DNA from: Acidimicrobiales bacterium MED-G01 | GTDB lineage: Bacteria > Actinomycetota > Acidimicrobiia > Acidimicrobiales > Poriferisodalaceae | Length of the DNA stretch: 64,000 bases | Assembly: GCA_002457435.1 (NCBI GenBank) | Contig: NTLA01000004.1 | Coordinates: 53,838-117,837, forward strand | Direction: 5' to 3' | In this document: positions 18,988 to 28,454 of the stretch, one piece after another | Numbering within the stretch: the stretch's first letter is position 1 | Layout of the letters: each line of letters starts with the position of its first letter | Position numbers and translations under genes: made by a program | The notes under the pieces: model-generated | The model's database searches: none | What the model was told of the DNA's origin: nothing | The model's input: only the letters and a program-made list of their open reading frames with translations

Positions 18988-20226
18988 ATGGACGAACATC
19001 TCAACGCACACGAGCAAGCGACCCCCATGTCGGCAAGCCCAACAGGACCTCTTCAAGGCATTCGGATTTTGGACTGCACCCAGGCAATTGCAGGTCCGTG
19101 GTCCACCATGATGCTAGGAGATCTCGGTGCCGATGTAATCAAGGTTGAGGCACCTCGAGGGGACCTGCAACGGCCGATGGCGCCCTATACCCGCGAAGAC
19201 CAAGAACGTTCCTATGGCGGCTCATTTTCTACCTACAACAGAAATAAGCGAGGCATTGTTCTTGATCTAACTGACACCAACGACAGGGCTAAGTTTCTCG
19301 ACCTTGTCGAGAGTGCCGACGCAGTTGTGGAGAATATGCGAGCGGGAGTCATGGACAGTCTCGGTTTGGGTTGGGAAACCCTGAGAGAACGTAACCCTCG
19401 TCTTGTCTACGGCGCGATACGGGGCTTCGGAGATCCCAGGACAGGAGAAAGCCCTCATGCTGAGTGGCCTGCCTACGACGTAATCGCTCAGGCCATGGGC
19501 GGTCTAGTAGCCCAGAACGGAAACGGGCCTGATAATCGCGTCCAAGTTGGGCCGTTTATAGGTGACATATATCCCGGCACCATTGGAGCAATGGGCGTGC
19601 TGGCAGCACTATTTCATGCTCAAAGAACGGGTGAAGGCCAGTTCGTTGATGTGGCGATGGTCGACTCGATAATGGCTCTCGCCGAGATGGGAGTAATGCG
19701 TTATTCATATCTCGGTAGACCCGATACCCCTCCAAGCGGCAATCGGAACGATTTTGCCGTGCCTTTCGATGTATTCGAGACGAAAGATGGCTCTATGGCG
19801 ATAGCCGCTCCTACTGACAAACATTGGCGGGAACTAGCTGCGGCAATGGGGCACCCTGAATGGGGCCTAGATGAGGATAAAGCAACGATTCGTGCTCGGG
19901 TCTTGAATCGAGAACCTATCGATCAAGCCCTGACCGAATGGGCTCGCGAAAGAAAAAACGAGGAGATTCTTGATCTCATCGGAGGCAAGGTTCCATGTGG
20001 GCCCGTGAATCTTCCCGGAGATCTTTTTTCAGATGAGCACGTTCAAGCTCGAGAGATGTTGGTGGCGGTTGACCAGCCAAGTGGACGACCGGTCGTTCAG
20101 GTTGCTTCGCCGATAAAGATGACCGCTACCCCAACTGGGATTTACCGGCGAGCCCCGCGGCTTGGCGAACATACCGATGAAATTCTTTCCGAAATAGAGG
20201 ACCTTCGCGGCCGATTCAGTGGTTGA
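18988..20226 (+). CDS. CaiB/BaiF class III CoA-transferase
   Basis: IAGPWSTMMLGDLGADVIKVE, NRNKRGIVLDL, AYDVIAQAMGG and APRLGEHT. Confidence 0.92.
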   Translation: MDEHLNAHEQATPMSASPTGPLQGIRILDCTQAIAGPWSTMMLGDLGADVIKVEAPRGDLQRPMAPYTREDQERSYGGSFSTYNRNKRGIVLDLTDTNDRAKFLDLVESADAVVENMRAGVMDSLGLGWETLRERNPRLVYGAIRGFGDPRTGESPHAEWPAYDVIAQAMGGLVAQNGNGPDNRVQVGPFIGDIYPGTIGAMGVLAALFHAQRTGEGQFVDVAMVDSIMALAEMGVMRYSYLGRPDTPPSGNRNDFAVPFDVFETKDGSMAIAAPTDKHWRELAAAMGHPEWGLDEDKATIRARVLNREPIDQALTEWARERKNEEILDLIGGKVPCGPVNLPGDLFSDEHVQAREMLVAVDQPSGRPVVQVASPIKMTATPTGIYRRAPRLGEHTDEILSEIEDLRGRFSG

Positions 20227-20256
20227 AGCGGTCGAAATTATTTCGGGATTTCGACT

Positions 20257-21426
20257 CTACGACTGTAGATCTGCACATAGGTAGGCTGCGTCTACCAACG
20301 CTTCGCCTCTCGTGTCGAGCAGCACAGATTTGCCCATCTGGTTCATGACGTAGCCCATGGAAAGACCGATTTTCGGATCGGCAAATCCTAAAGATCCGCC
20401 TGCACCGACATGACCGAAAGCTCCTTCGCGGATATTCACAGAGTCCGTGTCTCCTCCAAAGGATCTTCTGTTGTCCATCCTCAGCATGAACCCTTCAGAA
20501 AACCGGGTCGGTAACAGCAACATAGCGTCGCACTCGCTCGCTACAGAGACACGTTTCATTCGTTCAAACTGCGGTGCGCTAACAAAATCACCAGTCGCGC
20601 AGGACTTATAAATCCGGGCTAGGCCTCGAGCGTTTGTGATTCCGCCGCCACCACCCAACTCCGCGGACCAGACCTCGGGAGAATCTCCTTTCGCGCCTCC
20701 ACGATTCCGCCAGGCTCTCCCTTGTAGTCCCTCTGAATCAGCAATAAAAGCACGAGTGAAGGCAGAAAATTCCTCGTTTGGATCTGGCCTGAAGGGCCTT
20801 AATGCAGAGACACGATGGTGTTCTGTTGCGGGTAACCCAATCCAAAAGTCTGATCCTGCAGGCTCAGCCACCTCTTCTCGAAAAAAAGTACCAAGGCTAC
20901 GCCCTGACGCGCGCCGGACGAGTTCTCCGGCCACCCACCCGAAGGACATTAAGTGGTAACCATTCCGAGTACCCGGAGCCCACCATGGTTCTTCGGCAGC
21001 AACCCGGTCACACATGTAGTCCCAATCGAAGGCGGCGCCGTCTGGTAAATCATCGCGGAATGCAGCGACACCAGTTGTGTGATTCAGCATCATCCGGGCT
21101 GTTACCGCTGCTTTGGGTCCATGAGCGAATTCTGGCCATATCTCAGCCACCGGTGCGTCAAGGTCAAGTAATCCCCTATCGGCCAGCAGATGGCAGGCAA
21201 GTGCTACTGCTCCCTTGGTGCAAGAATTGACGACAGCGATGGTGTCTTCGAGCCATGGGTTACCTTCGGTGTCCCGGTCACCAGCCCACAGGTCAACTAC
21301 GGTCTCTCCTTCGTAGGTGACACAAACTGATGCACCTAACTCATTGAAACGCAGGAAGTTAGATTCAAACTGTTCCAGCAATGGCTCCCAGCCATCGCTA
21401 ACAGTTCCATGAATTTTAAGACTCAT
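20257..21426 (-). CDS. Serine hydrolase (beta-lactamase/EstB family esterase)
   Basis: SCTK (SxxK), GYH, FGHVGAGG and LLDLDAPVAEIWPEF. Confidence 0.88.
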   Translation of the reverse strand: MSLKIHGTVSDGWEPLLEQFESNFLRFNELGASVCVTYEGETVVDLWAGDRDTEGNPWLEDTIAVVNSCTKGAVALACHLLADRGLLDLDAPVAEIWPEFAHGPKAAVTARMMLNHTTGVAAFRDDLPDGAAFDWDYMCDRVAAEEPWWAPGTRNGYHLMSFGWVAGELVRRASGRSLGTFFREEVAEPAGSDFWIGLPATEHHRVSALRPFRPDPNEEFSAFTRAFIADSEGLQGRAWRNRGGAKGDSPEVWSAELGGGGGITNARGLARIYKSCATGDFVSAPQFERMKRVSVASECDAMLLLPTRFSEGFMLRMDNRRSFGGDTDSVNIREGAFGHVGAGGSLGFADPKIGLSMGYVMNQMGKSVLLDTRGEALVDAAYLCADLQS

Positions 21427-21497
21427 GTGTGCCAGATTGTCATGCCAGACCCCATTGTGTCTCCCTATTCACTATGTCCTCAGGTAGTTTCACCGTA

Positions 21498-22487
21498 ATG
21501 GCGAAGCGCAAAAAAAGACGCCCAGCAATGCGGCGACCGATAACCACCTCCGATCCCATCCTGCCGGGCCGCGTCTCACCGATGCGTTCTGTACCCGCTG
21601 AGATACCGCGTCCTGATTACGCCGAACAGGGGATACCGGTCCGAACAGCTCCAACTGACCTGATAAAGGACCCGGCAACTGTGGAGCGGATGCGGCTGGC
21701 AGGCTCTGCCGCGAGGCGCGTCTTGCGCAGGGTCGCCGCCCATATAGCTCCTGGCACAACAACTGAACATTTGGATCAAATCTGCCACGAAGCTTGTATC
21801 GACGAAGGGGGTTACCCCAGTCCGCTTAATTACAACGGCTACCCAAAATCACTTTGTACCTCGATCAATGAAATTATTTGTCACGGAATTCCAGACAGTC
21901 GGCCGCTCCAGGATGGAGATATTGTCAACTGTGATGTCACTATTTTCCTCGATGGTGTACATGGAGACCACAGTGAGACCTTTGCCGTCGGTGACGTTGA
22001 TGAGCAGTCGCTCGAGCTCATCGAAGTAACCAGGGAGTGTCTCTATCTGGGTATTGCTGCTGTCCGTTCAGGTGGAAGGGTGAACGACATCGGCAGAGCG
22101 ATTCAAGACCGTGCAGAATCAGCCGGATTCGGCGTGGTTCGAGAATTCATAGGCCACGGAGTCGGCGAAGTTTTTCACCACTTGCCAAATATCCCTCATT
22201 ACTACGAACCTTCGGCTCAATTTGAGTTTCACCCAGGGATGACATTTACGATTGAGCCCATGATCACTATTGGTTCGCCGAGCGCGAACCTTTGGGATGA
22301 CGGATGGACCGCTGCTACCAAAGACTTGAGCAGGACAGCCCAGTTTGAACACACCGTGCTGGTCAAGGAAGACGGTGTTGAGATACTGACTGTCGAAGAG
22401 CACGAAAGCCAGCCATTTACTCGAGATGGGAGTTCCAACGACTGGCCCCGAACTATTTCTGGCAGCCGGACGACCACGAATGAGTAG
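21498..22487 (+). CDS. map: Type I methionine aminopeptidase
   Basis: SLCTSINEIICHGIPD, DGVHGD, GHGVG, FTIEPMI and AQFEHT. Confidence 0.95.
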   Translation: MAKRKKRRPAMRRPITTSDPILPGRVSPMRSVPAEIPRPDYAEQGIPVRTAPTDLIKDPATVERMRLAGSAARRVLRRVAAHIAPGTTTEHLDQICHEACIDEGGYPSPLNYNGYPKSLCTSINEIICHGIPDSRPLQDGDIVNCDVTIFLDGVHGDHSETFAVGDVDEQSLELIEVTRECLYLGIAAVRSGGRVNDIGRAIQDRAESAGFGVVREFIGHGVGEVFHHLPNIPHYYEPSAQFEFHPGMTFTIEPMITIGSPSANLWDDGWTAATKDLSRTAQFEHTVLVKEDGVEILTVEEHESQPFTRDGSSNDWPRTISGSRTTTNE

Positions 22488-22818
22488 AGCAGTTCGTCAA
22501 GTTCGAAAGGTATTCGGAGTTCTTGCAATATTTTTGTTGCTGACAGCTGGTTGCGCTAATGAACCTAAGAGTCGCCCAATCCCCTCTACTACACCGGTCC
22601 TAACAACACTTCGTCCTGAACTCACAACAACGACCACTGAGAAAGTCGTACAACGATTGGCATATGTGGTTCAGCCTGGTGACACTCTGGGCAAAATTGC
22701 GAAAGGTTTCGGAGTAACTGTGTCGGAACTTATGCGCGAAAACGGCAAGGAAGACACGATCTTAGGTATAGGCGAAACCCTGTTTATTCCTCCCCCTTCC
22801 GACGAAAGCTCCGACTGA
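22480..22818 (+). CDS. LysM-domain lipoprotein
   Basis: Lipobox LTAGC, Thr-rich linker, then YVVQPGDTLGKIA and GETLFIP. Confidence 0.85.
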   Translation: MSRAVRQVRKVFGVLAIFLLLTAGCANEPKSRPIPSTTPVLTTLRPELTTTTTEKVVQRLAYVVQPGDTLGKIAKGFGVTVSELMRENGKEDTILGIGETLFIPPPSDESSD

Positions 22819-22823
22819 AACTG

Positions 22824-23207
22824 ATGGTGACGTTGCGCCACTTTGCGTCACTGTCCCTATTAGCAATATGTGCTGTGGGGTGCACGTCGGCAAGAGCACC
22901 TGAACCCGTTGTCAACACGTCACGCTCAACAGAAACCAAGGAGACAACACCAGAAATCAAGGAGTTCCGCGAGACGTACACGGTTGTTCGCGGAGACACG
23001 CTAATAGCTATCGCCGATCGATTCGGTATCCATCTGAACGACTTAGTGCGCGAGAACAACATCGCTGACCCGACCATGATTTACGTGGGACAGGTACTAC
23101 TGATTCCACCTCCTCCTAGTGACGCAGACGGCCCATTGCTGACTATTTCGCCTCCAACAGACCCTTTGTTGCCGACTCTCGAGCCAACGACCTCTCTAGC
23201 TCAATAG
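22824..23207 (+). CDS. LysM-domain lipoprotein
   Basis: Lipobox AVGC, then YTVVRGDTLIAIA and IYVGQVLLIP. Confidence 0.85.
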   Translation: MVTLRHFASLSLLAICAVGCTSARAPEPVVNTSRSTETKETTPEIKEFRETYTVVRGDTLIAIADRFGIHLNDLVRENNIADPTMIYVGQVLLIPPPPSDADGPLLTISPPTDPLLPTLEPTTSLAQ

Positions 23208-23282
23208 CAATACTTCCGGCGGGTGCCTGGATTTGTCGGGGCTTACGTGTAACTGTAATTGCGCTCTACCAGGACGGCGCGC

Positions 23283-23828
23283 GTGAACGAAACAAGTTCG
23301 ATCATTTCAAAAGTCGACGAACTGGATAGACAAGTCGATCAGTGGTGGGAGCGTTGGCGAGGAGTGCCCTCAGCAGATCGACTGTTCTACGCTGCATCCA
23401 ACCTCGGAGATTTCAGTCTCATCTGGCACATCGTTGGGGGCATTCGTGCGCTCCCGCCGGGAAGACGGCCAAGAGCGGCAGTTGGCTTCAGCGCACTAAT
23501 GGGGATCGAATCGCTATTAGTCAACCAAGGAGTCAAGAGATTTTTTCGGCGAAGTCGCCCCGGATCTGCTTCCGACAATCCCACGGCACACCAGCTGCGT
23601 GAGCCGATTACCTCGAGTTTTCCCTCTGGACACGCATCAGCGGCATTTTGTGCTTCGGCTGTTCTTTCACGTCGCTCAAAATTTGGAAAGCTTTGGCATT
23701 TGGTCGCGGGCCTCGTTGCATGTTCGCGGATACACGTTCGACTTCACCATGCCTCTGATGTGGCAGCTGGCGCATCAGTGGGTTGGCTCTTAGGGAAAGC
23801 CCTATCGAACCTTGTGCCTAAGGACTAG
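23283..23828 (+). CDS. PAP2 family phosphatase
   Basis: KRFFRRSRP, SFPSGH and SRIHVRLHHASDV. Confidence 0.9.
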   Translation: MNETSSIISKVDELDRQVDQWWERWRGVPSADRLFYAASNLGDFSLIWHIVGGIRALPPGRRPRAAVGFSALMGIESLLVNQGVKRFFRRSRPGSASDNPTAHQLREPITSSFPSGHASAAFCASAVLSRRSKFGKLWHLVAGLVACSRIHVRLHHASDVAAGASVGWLLGKALSNLVPKD

Positions 23829-23861
23829 TTCACCACTAATTGCTGCGTAGATTTTGCCGAC

Positions 23862-24110
23862 CTATGCCTGAGCGGAAACTTCCATTTCGGTCTCAACGTC
23901 TGAAAGATCGATGGTCACATCTGCTGTCGATTGCTCAACTCGACTCAGCGCTGTCCGAATGTCCAGGAGGACGTCAGTTACCTCGCTCGCTGAGACTAAC
24001 TCTCGATGCATGAAACTACCCAGGGCACGATCAATCACAGAAAGGGCCTCTTCGACGTTTTCCGGGACGATTATCTTCATGTCCTGAGGTTCAGTCACCA
24101 GATGCTCCAA
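23862..24110 (-). CDS. Small hypothetical protein (helical core, acidic tail)
   Basis: Fills the gap; amphipathic IDRALGSFMHRELVSASEVTDVLLDIR; start could be 24110, 24098 or 24080. Confidence 0.65.
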   Translation of the reverse strand: MEHLVTEPQDMKIIVPENVEEALSVIDRALGSFMHRELVSASEVTDVLLDIRTALSRVEQSTADVTIDLSDVETEMEVSAQA

Positions 24111-24222
24111 TCCGCTGGTTTGCGTAACCAGCCCGTACTCTCACCCTAGCGCTGACAACCACTTTATAACGAACATATTTGCTACAAGAACGAACTTTCA
24201 TCTGAGGAGTATGTTGAAGTGA

Positions 24223-25218
24223 ATGAGTAGAGATTCACAAATTCCTTTAGGACTTACCTACGGAAGTCTCGGTGTTTTTGGGCCTTCAGCGGTGCCCGAA
24301 ATTGCGCAAGCAGCTGCTGCTTCTGGTTACCAATCATTTTGGACGGTAGAGGCGACCGGCACCGATGCCGTCAGTCTTCTGGGCGCCGTTTCCCAAGCAG
24401 CACCGAAGCTTGATCTGGCGACAGGCATCATGCCCATTCAGCTACGCAGTCCCTCCTTGACAGCAATGACAGCTGCGACACTCCAGTCACTCAACCCCCA
24501 ACGAACTATCTGGATGGGACTGGGCGTTTCGGCTCCCGGTGTACTCCGACAGCACGGAATCGAAACGCCAGACCGCCCAATTGCGATGATGCGTGAATAC
24601 GTGGCGTTAACGCGGGAATGTTTATCGGGCGAGCCTGTCACCTTTGAGGGGGACTTCTGGCAGGTCAAACGCTTCCGTCTAGCTATGCGAACCCCAGAGC
24701 AGACCCCAAAGATTGTAGTCGCTGCGCTTAACCCCCAAATGTTGAAATTGGCCGGAGAAATTGCTGACGCTGTCCTCTTGAACTACATCCCAGCGAGCCA
24801 TGTTGCAGAGGCAACCAAACACATCCGATCAGGGGGGAACGCCATGATTATGAGCAATATTCATGCCGCCGTCGGGGACTTCGAAGAGGCAGAACGTTCC
24901 GCTCGCAAGGATCTGTTCAACTATGCAATGGCCGATGGGTACGCCAACATGTTTCGCTCCGCGGGTTTTGAAGATGAAGTTCAAGAGCTGCGTTCACGGC
25001 AACAAGAACGGGACCGCGAAGGAGCTCTAGAAGCAATAAGTGAAGAAATGATCCAAGCGATCAATTTCATAGGAGATAAGGAAGAAGTAGTCGCGTTTGC
25101 TACTAGCTATCTAGACGCTGGAGTTCAATATCCGATTCTCATGCCAATGCCTTGGGGACAAGACCGCAAGTTAGTAACACAGCTAACACTCGAAGCAATG
25201 GCCGCGATCAATGATTAG
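24223..25218 (+). CDS. LLM-class (probably F420-dependent) oxidoreductase
   Basis: LATGIMP, GLGVS and AALNPQMLKLAGEIADAVLLN. Confidence 0.85.
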   Translation: MSRDSQIPLGLTYGSLGVFGPSAVPEIAQAAAASGYQSFWTVEATGTDAVSLLGAVSQAAPKLDLATGIMPIQLRSPSLTAMTAATLQSLNPQRTIWMGLGVSAPGVLRQHGIETPDRPIAMMREYVALTRECLSGEPVTFEGDFWQVKRFRLAMRTPEQTPKIVVAALNPQMLKLAGEIADAVLLNYIPASHVAEATKHIRSGGNAMIMSNIHAAVGDFEEAERSARKDLFNYAMADGYANMFRSAGFEDEVQELRSRQQERDREGALEAISEEMIQAINFIGDKEEVVAFATSYLDAGVQYPILMPMPWGQDRKLVTQLTLEAMAAIND

Positions 25219-25227
25219 AACCGCTAG

Positions 25228-25881
25228 TTAATCGCCTATAGCAATCCCAGTCGGGCAGCTCACACCAGTGCCACCGATACCGCAGTAACCATTGGGTACT
25301 TTGTGCAAGTACTGCTGGTGGTAGTGCTCTGCGTAATAGAAGGGGCCTTCATCAAGAATTTCTGTAGTAATTGAGCCATATCCAGCTTCGCCGAGCGCTG
25401 ACTGGAACTGAACGCGACTCAATTCGGCGAGATTGCGCTGTTGCTCGTTAGACACATAGATGCCTGATCGGTACTGGGTGCCAATGTCGTTTCCTTGGCG
25501 CATCCCTTGTGTTGGATCATGATTCTCCCAAAACAACTCCAGCATTTTTGTGTAATTAGTCACGTGAGGGTCATAGATCACCAAAGCAACTTCGTTATGT
25601 CCGGTCAGCCCGCTACACACCTCTTCATAGGTTGGGTTCTTGGTAAAGCCGCCCACATAACCAACTGCTGTGGTTACCACACCGGGTACGTTCCAAAAGA
25701 TTCGCTCTGCGCCCCAAAAACAGCCCATCCCAAAAACGATACGTTCGGTCGAATCAGGAAAGGGCGGCACCAAAGAAGCACCCAGTACTTCATGGGTAGA
25801 TGGAACTGGCATAACCAGTTCCCGGCCGGGTAGCGCTGACTCCATAGTTGGCATCTCTAACTTGTTGCTCCACAACGACAT
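25228..25881 (-). CDS. msrA: Peptide-methionine (S)-S-oxide reductase
   Basis: [29 protein letters not shown] and [10 protein letters not shown]. Confidence 0.97.
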   Translation of the reverse strand: MSLWSNKLEMPTMESALPGRELVMPVPSTHEVLGASLVPPFPDSTERIVFGMGCFWGAERIFWNVPGVVTTAVGYVGGFTKNPTYEEVCSGLTGHNEVALVIYDPHVTNYTKMLELFWENHDPTQGMRQGNDIGTQYRSGIYVSNEQQRNLAELSRVQFQSALGEAGYGSITTEILDEGPFYYAEHYHQQYLHKVPNGYCGIGGTGVSCPTGIAIGD

Positions 25882-25950
25882 AACTAATACCTCGGGTTCA
25901 GATTAGACCAGCGCAGGCAAAGAAGCACCGCCTTCACCTAGCCTTAGGCC

Positions 25951-26442
25951 ATGTCTAGTTCTTTAATCCCACCAGAGTCGTTAGCACGTGTCGGCGAAAT
26001 TTTAGCGGGCCCTGTCACAGTAAGAATTGATCGCCGAGAATCCCAGCGTTATGCATACGCAGTTGGGGATCTAAATCCAGTTTATTTCGACGATGGCTCC
26101 GCTAAAGCAGCTGGGTATCGGACCCTAACCATTCCACCGCTGTTCATTACTCATGCACTCGTGACTCCTGAACCAGCATCGAAACTTCGGACCGACGGCC
26201 TGTACGAGGATTCGACAAGTGTGGTCTTAAAAGTTGCTCGAATGATGTTCGGAGGCGAGGAATGGGACTTTCTGGAACCAGTTTGCGTCGACGATGAGAT
26301 CACCGGCACAACACGACTCTTAGATCTTGATCAAAAAGAGGGCAAGAAAGGTCCCTTCGTTCGATTGGTACGGGAAACTACTTTCACCAATCAAGATGGA
26401 CAGGTAGTAGCACGATCCCGTCAGATAGGAATTGCACGATGA
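25951..26442 (+). CDS. MaoC dehydratase N-terminal-type (FAS1-like) hot-dog subunit
   Basis: YAYAVGDLNPVYFD, GGEEWDFLEPV and FTNQDGQVV. Confidence 0.82.
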   Translation: MSSSLIPPESLARVGEILAGPVTVRIDRRESQRYAYAVGDLNPVYFDDGSAKAAGYRTLTIPPLFITHALVTPEPASKLRTDGLYEDSTSVVLKVARMMFGGEEWDFLEPVCVDDEITGTTRLLDLDQKEGKKGPFVRLVRETTFTNQDGQVVARSRQIGIAR

Positions 26443-26861
26443 CTAGCTATCCCAACATGGCCACCGTCGAAGTGGGCGATGAGTTACCTGTTATGCACAA
26501 ACGCGCTGAAGAGGCCGAGCTCTTTCTGTACAGCGCCGCTAGCTTCAATCCGCACCGCATACATTACGATCGGGCCTACGCCAACTACGAAGGCCATGAG
26601 GACATTGTCGTGCATGGGCCTCTCCAGGGTTCTTGGCTCACCCAGTTCATTACCGATTGGGCTGGGCCTAATGCGCGTTTACTTTCGGTCCAGTGGCAGA
26701 ACCGAGCAAGCGCTTTCGTCGCCGAAGAACTCCGCTTTTCCGGATCTGTCATATCGGTGGACCAAGTGAATAGTTCAGTAGAACTCGAGATTTACGAACG
26801 AAAAGAAGACGGGAGCGTCCTGATGCCGGCGAAGGCAACCGTGAAGTTGGAGCAGAGTTAA
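26439..26861 (+). CDS. MaoC-family dehydratase subunit
   Basis: VGDELP, NPHRIHYD and VVHGPLQ; ATGA overlap. Confidence 0.85.
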   Translation: MTSYPNMATVEVGDELPVMHKRAEEAELFLYSAASFNPHRIHYDRAYANYEGHEDIVVHGPLQGSWLTQFITDWAGPNARLLSVQWQNRASAFVAEELRFSGSVISVDQVNSSVELEIYERKEDGSVLMPAKATVKLEQS

Positions 26862-27770
26862 ATGAAAATCGCCGTGGACTTCCCGTCGGTTGCTTATCGC
26901 GAGGGGCCGCAGCAAGTACTCGCTCTTGCCTCGGCGATCGAACAAATCGGTTACGACGAGATAGCAGCCTTTGATCATGTGGTCATGGGTTACCCGTCTC
27001 AGGATCGTCGCACTATTTATTCCGCGGAGATGCCAATCCTTGAAGCGCTGATGCTGCTGGCAAACGTAGCGGCAGTCACGTCGAAAGTGTCGCTCTCAAC
27101 TGAGGTCCTGGTACTACCCCAACGTCAGCCCGTTTTAGTTGCGAAACAAATCAGCACCCTCGACACCCTCTCTGAGGGCCGGGTCCGGTTGGGCATCGGT
27201 GTTGGGTGGCAAGACAGCGAATATGACGCGCTTGAGGAAGATTTTTCGACGCGCGGGAAACGCATGGACGAAGCCATTGACCTATTAAGAAGCTACTGGC
27301 AGGGCGGTCGAATCGAATTTCGGGGTAACTACTACGACTCACACGATATGGGCATGGAGCCAGTCTCTCCCCAAGGCGCCAACATCCCTATATGGGTAGG
27401 GGGAGAAAGCCCAGCTGCATTAAAGAGAACAGCCCAAAAGGCTGATGGATGGATGGCATCAGGAGTTACCGACGAACAAGCTCTTCTCTGCGTTACAGAT
27501 ATCCAACGCCTAGCTGAAGAATCCGGTCGTGACGCGTCAGAAATCGGGTTTCAACTCATGTTGCAACCGCCCCCCAGAAGCGATGCAGACAAACTTTTCT
27601 ACGCAAATCTCGACGCTGTTGCCGAGCGAGCAGCCGTTGTTAATGCGATGGGTTTCGATTGGACGTCAGTCAACGCAACTGCAGTATTTCAAGCCGGAGC
27701 TCGTTCAGTGGGCGCGATGATCGAACAATTAGAGGCAATTCATACCCGGATTAGAACCGAAGTTGATTAA
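26862..27770 (+). CDS. LLM-class F420-dependent oxidoreductase
   Basis: FDHVV, VLVLPQRQPVLVAKQ, LGIGVGW and IPIWVGG..ADGW. Confidence 0.88.
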   Translation: MKIAVDFPSVAYREGPQQVLALASAIEQIGYDEIAAFDHVVMGYPSQDRRTIYSAEMPILEALMLLANVAAVTSKVSLSTEVLVLPQRQPVLVAKQISTLDTLSEGRVRLGIGVGWQDSEYDALEEDFSTRGKRMDEAIDLLRSYWQGGRIEFRGNYYDSHDMGMEPVSPQGANIPIWVGGESPAALKRTAQKADGWMASGVTDEQALLCVTDIQRLAEESGRDASEIGFQLMLQPPPRSDADKLFYANLDAVAERAAVVNAMGFDWTSVNATAVFQAGARSVGAMIEQLEAIHTRIRTEVD

Positions 27771-27788
27771 AGCGAATCTTGTATTTAG

Positions 27789-28454
27789 CTATAGACCGTC
27801 AACTAACTCGACGAGCTCACCCAACTCCTCTATCTGCATATCCGCAAGATGTAACGCTGCAGACTGGTTGCCGATCGCCACGGTAACGGCCCCTGCAGCC
27901 TGGCCCGCAAGAATATCGTGCACCGAATCCCCAACCATCACATACACACCTCCGAGCGCATCACATTCCTCGGCCGCCGCTAGAACCATTCCAGGGCCTG
28001 GCTTTGACCCATGGCCCGAGTCGTACCCTTTCACCGAAGCGAAAAGGTGACTCCACTTCAAAGCCTCAATATGGTCCACAGCACACGATTCCGAATCATT
28101 TGTAGCGACGGCTAACTTCCAACCCCGTTCGATCAGTGCGTCCAACGCAGCTGTCGCTCCCTTGCTGGCAACAATGTTGAGCTGGGATGCTTCATTGATT
28201 GTTTGCTTAAAGGTATCGACATCAATCAAATCGGCAACCAGGTTGTCAGTCGTCTCACTAGTCTCACTGACGAACGCTGAGTGCGGCAACACGCGCCGTT
28301 CAACTAAGTCGTACCCGAAAAGTTCAGCGGCACGTTCTTTGGCGTCCTGATCTGCTACCAGATCGAAAGCAGATCCGATGGCTTCATTCCATGTCGCATC
28401 GAAGTCAAGCAAAGTCCCGTCTTTGTCGAAAATGACTGCTCGACCCTCAGACAT
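27789..28454 (-). CDS. HAD-family hydrolase (phosphoglycolate phosphatase-like)
   Basis: FDKDGTL, ATND, SKPGPGM and VGDSVHD. Confidence 0.88.
   Translation of the reverse strand: MSEGRAVIFDKDGTLLDFDATWNEAIGSAFDLVADQDAKERAAELFGYDLVERRVLPHSAFVSETSETTDNLVADLIDVDTFKQTINEASQLNIVASKGATAALDALIERGWKLAVATNDSESCAVDHIEALKWSHLFASVKGYDSGHGSKPGPGMVLAAAEECDALGGVYVMVGDSVHDILAGQAAGAVTVAIGNQSAALHLADMQIEELGELVELVDGL

Noticed and set aside
20257-21426. True beta-lactamases (this gene and the MBL at 6793)
   Set aside because: Neither has a signal peptide; motifs fit cytoplasmic esterase and LACTB2-like hydrolases
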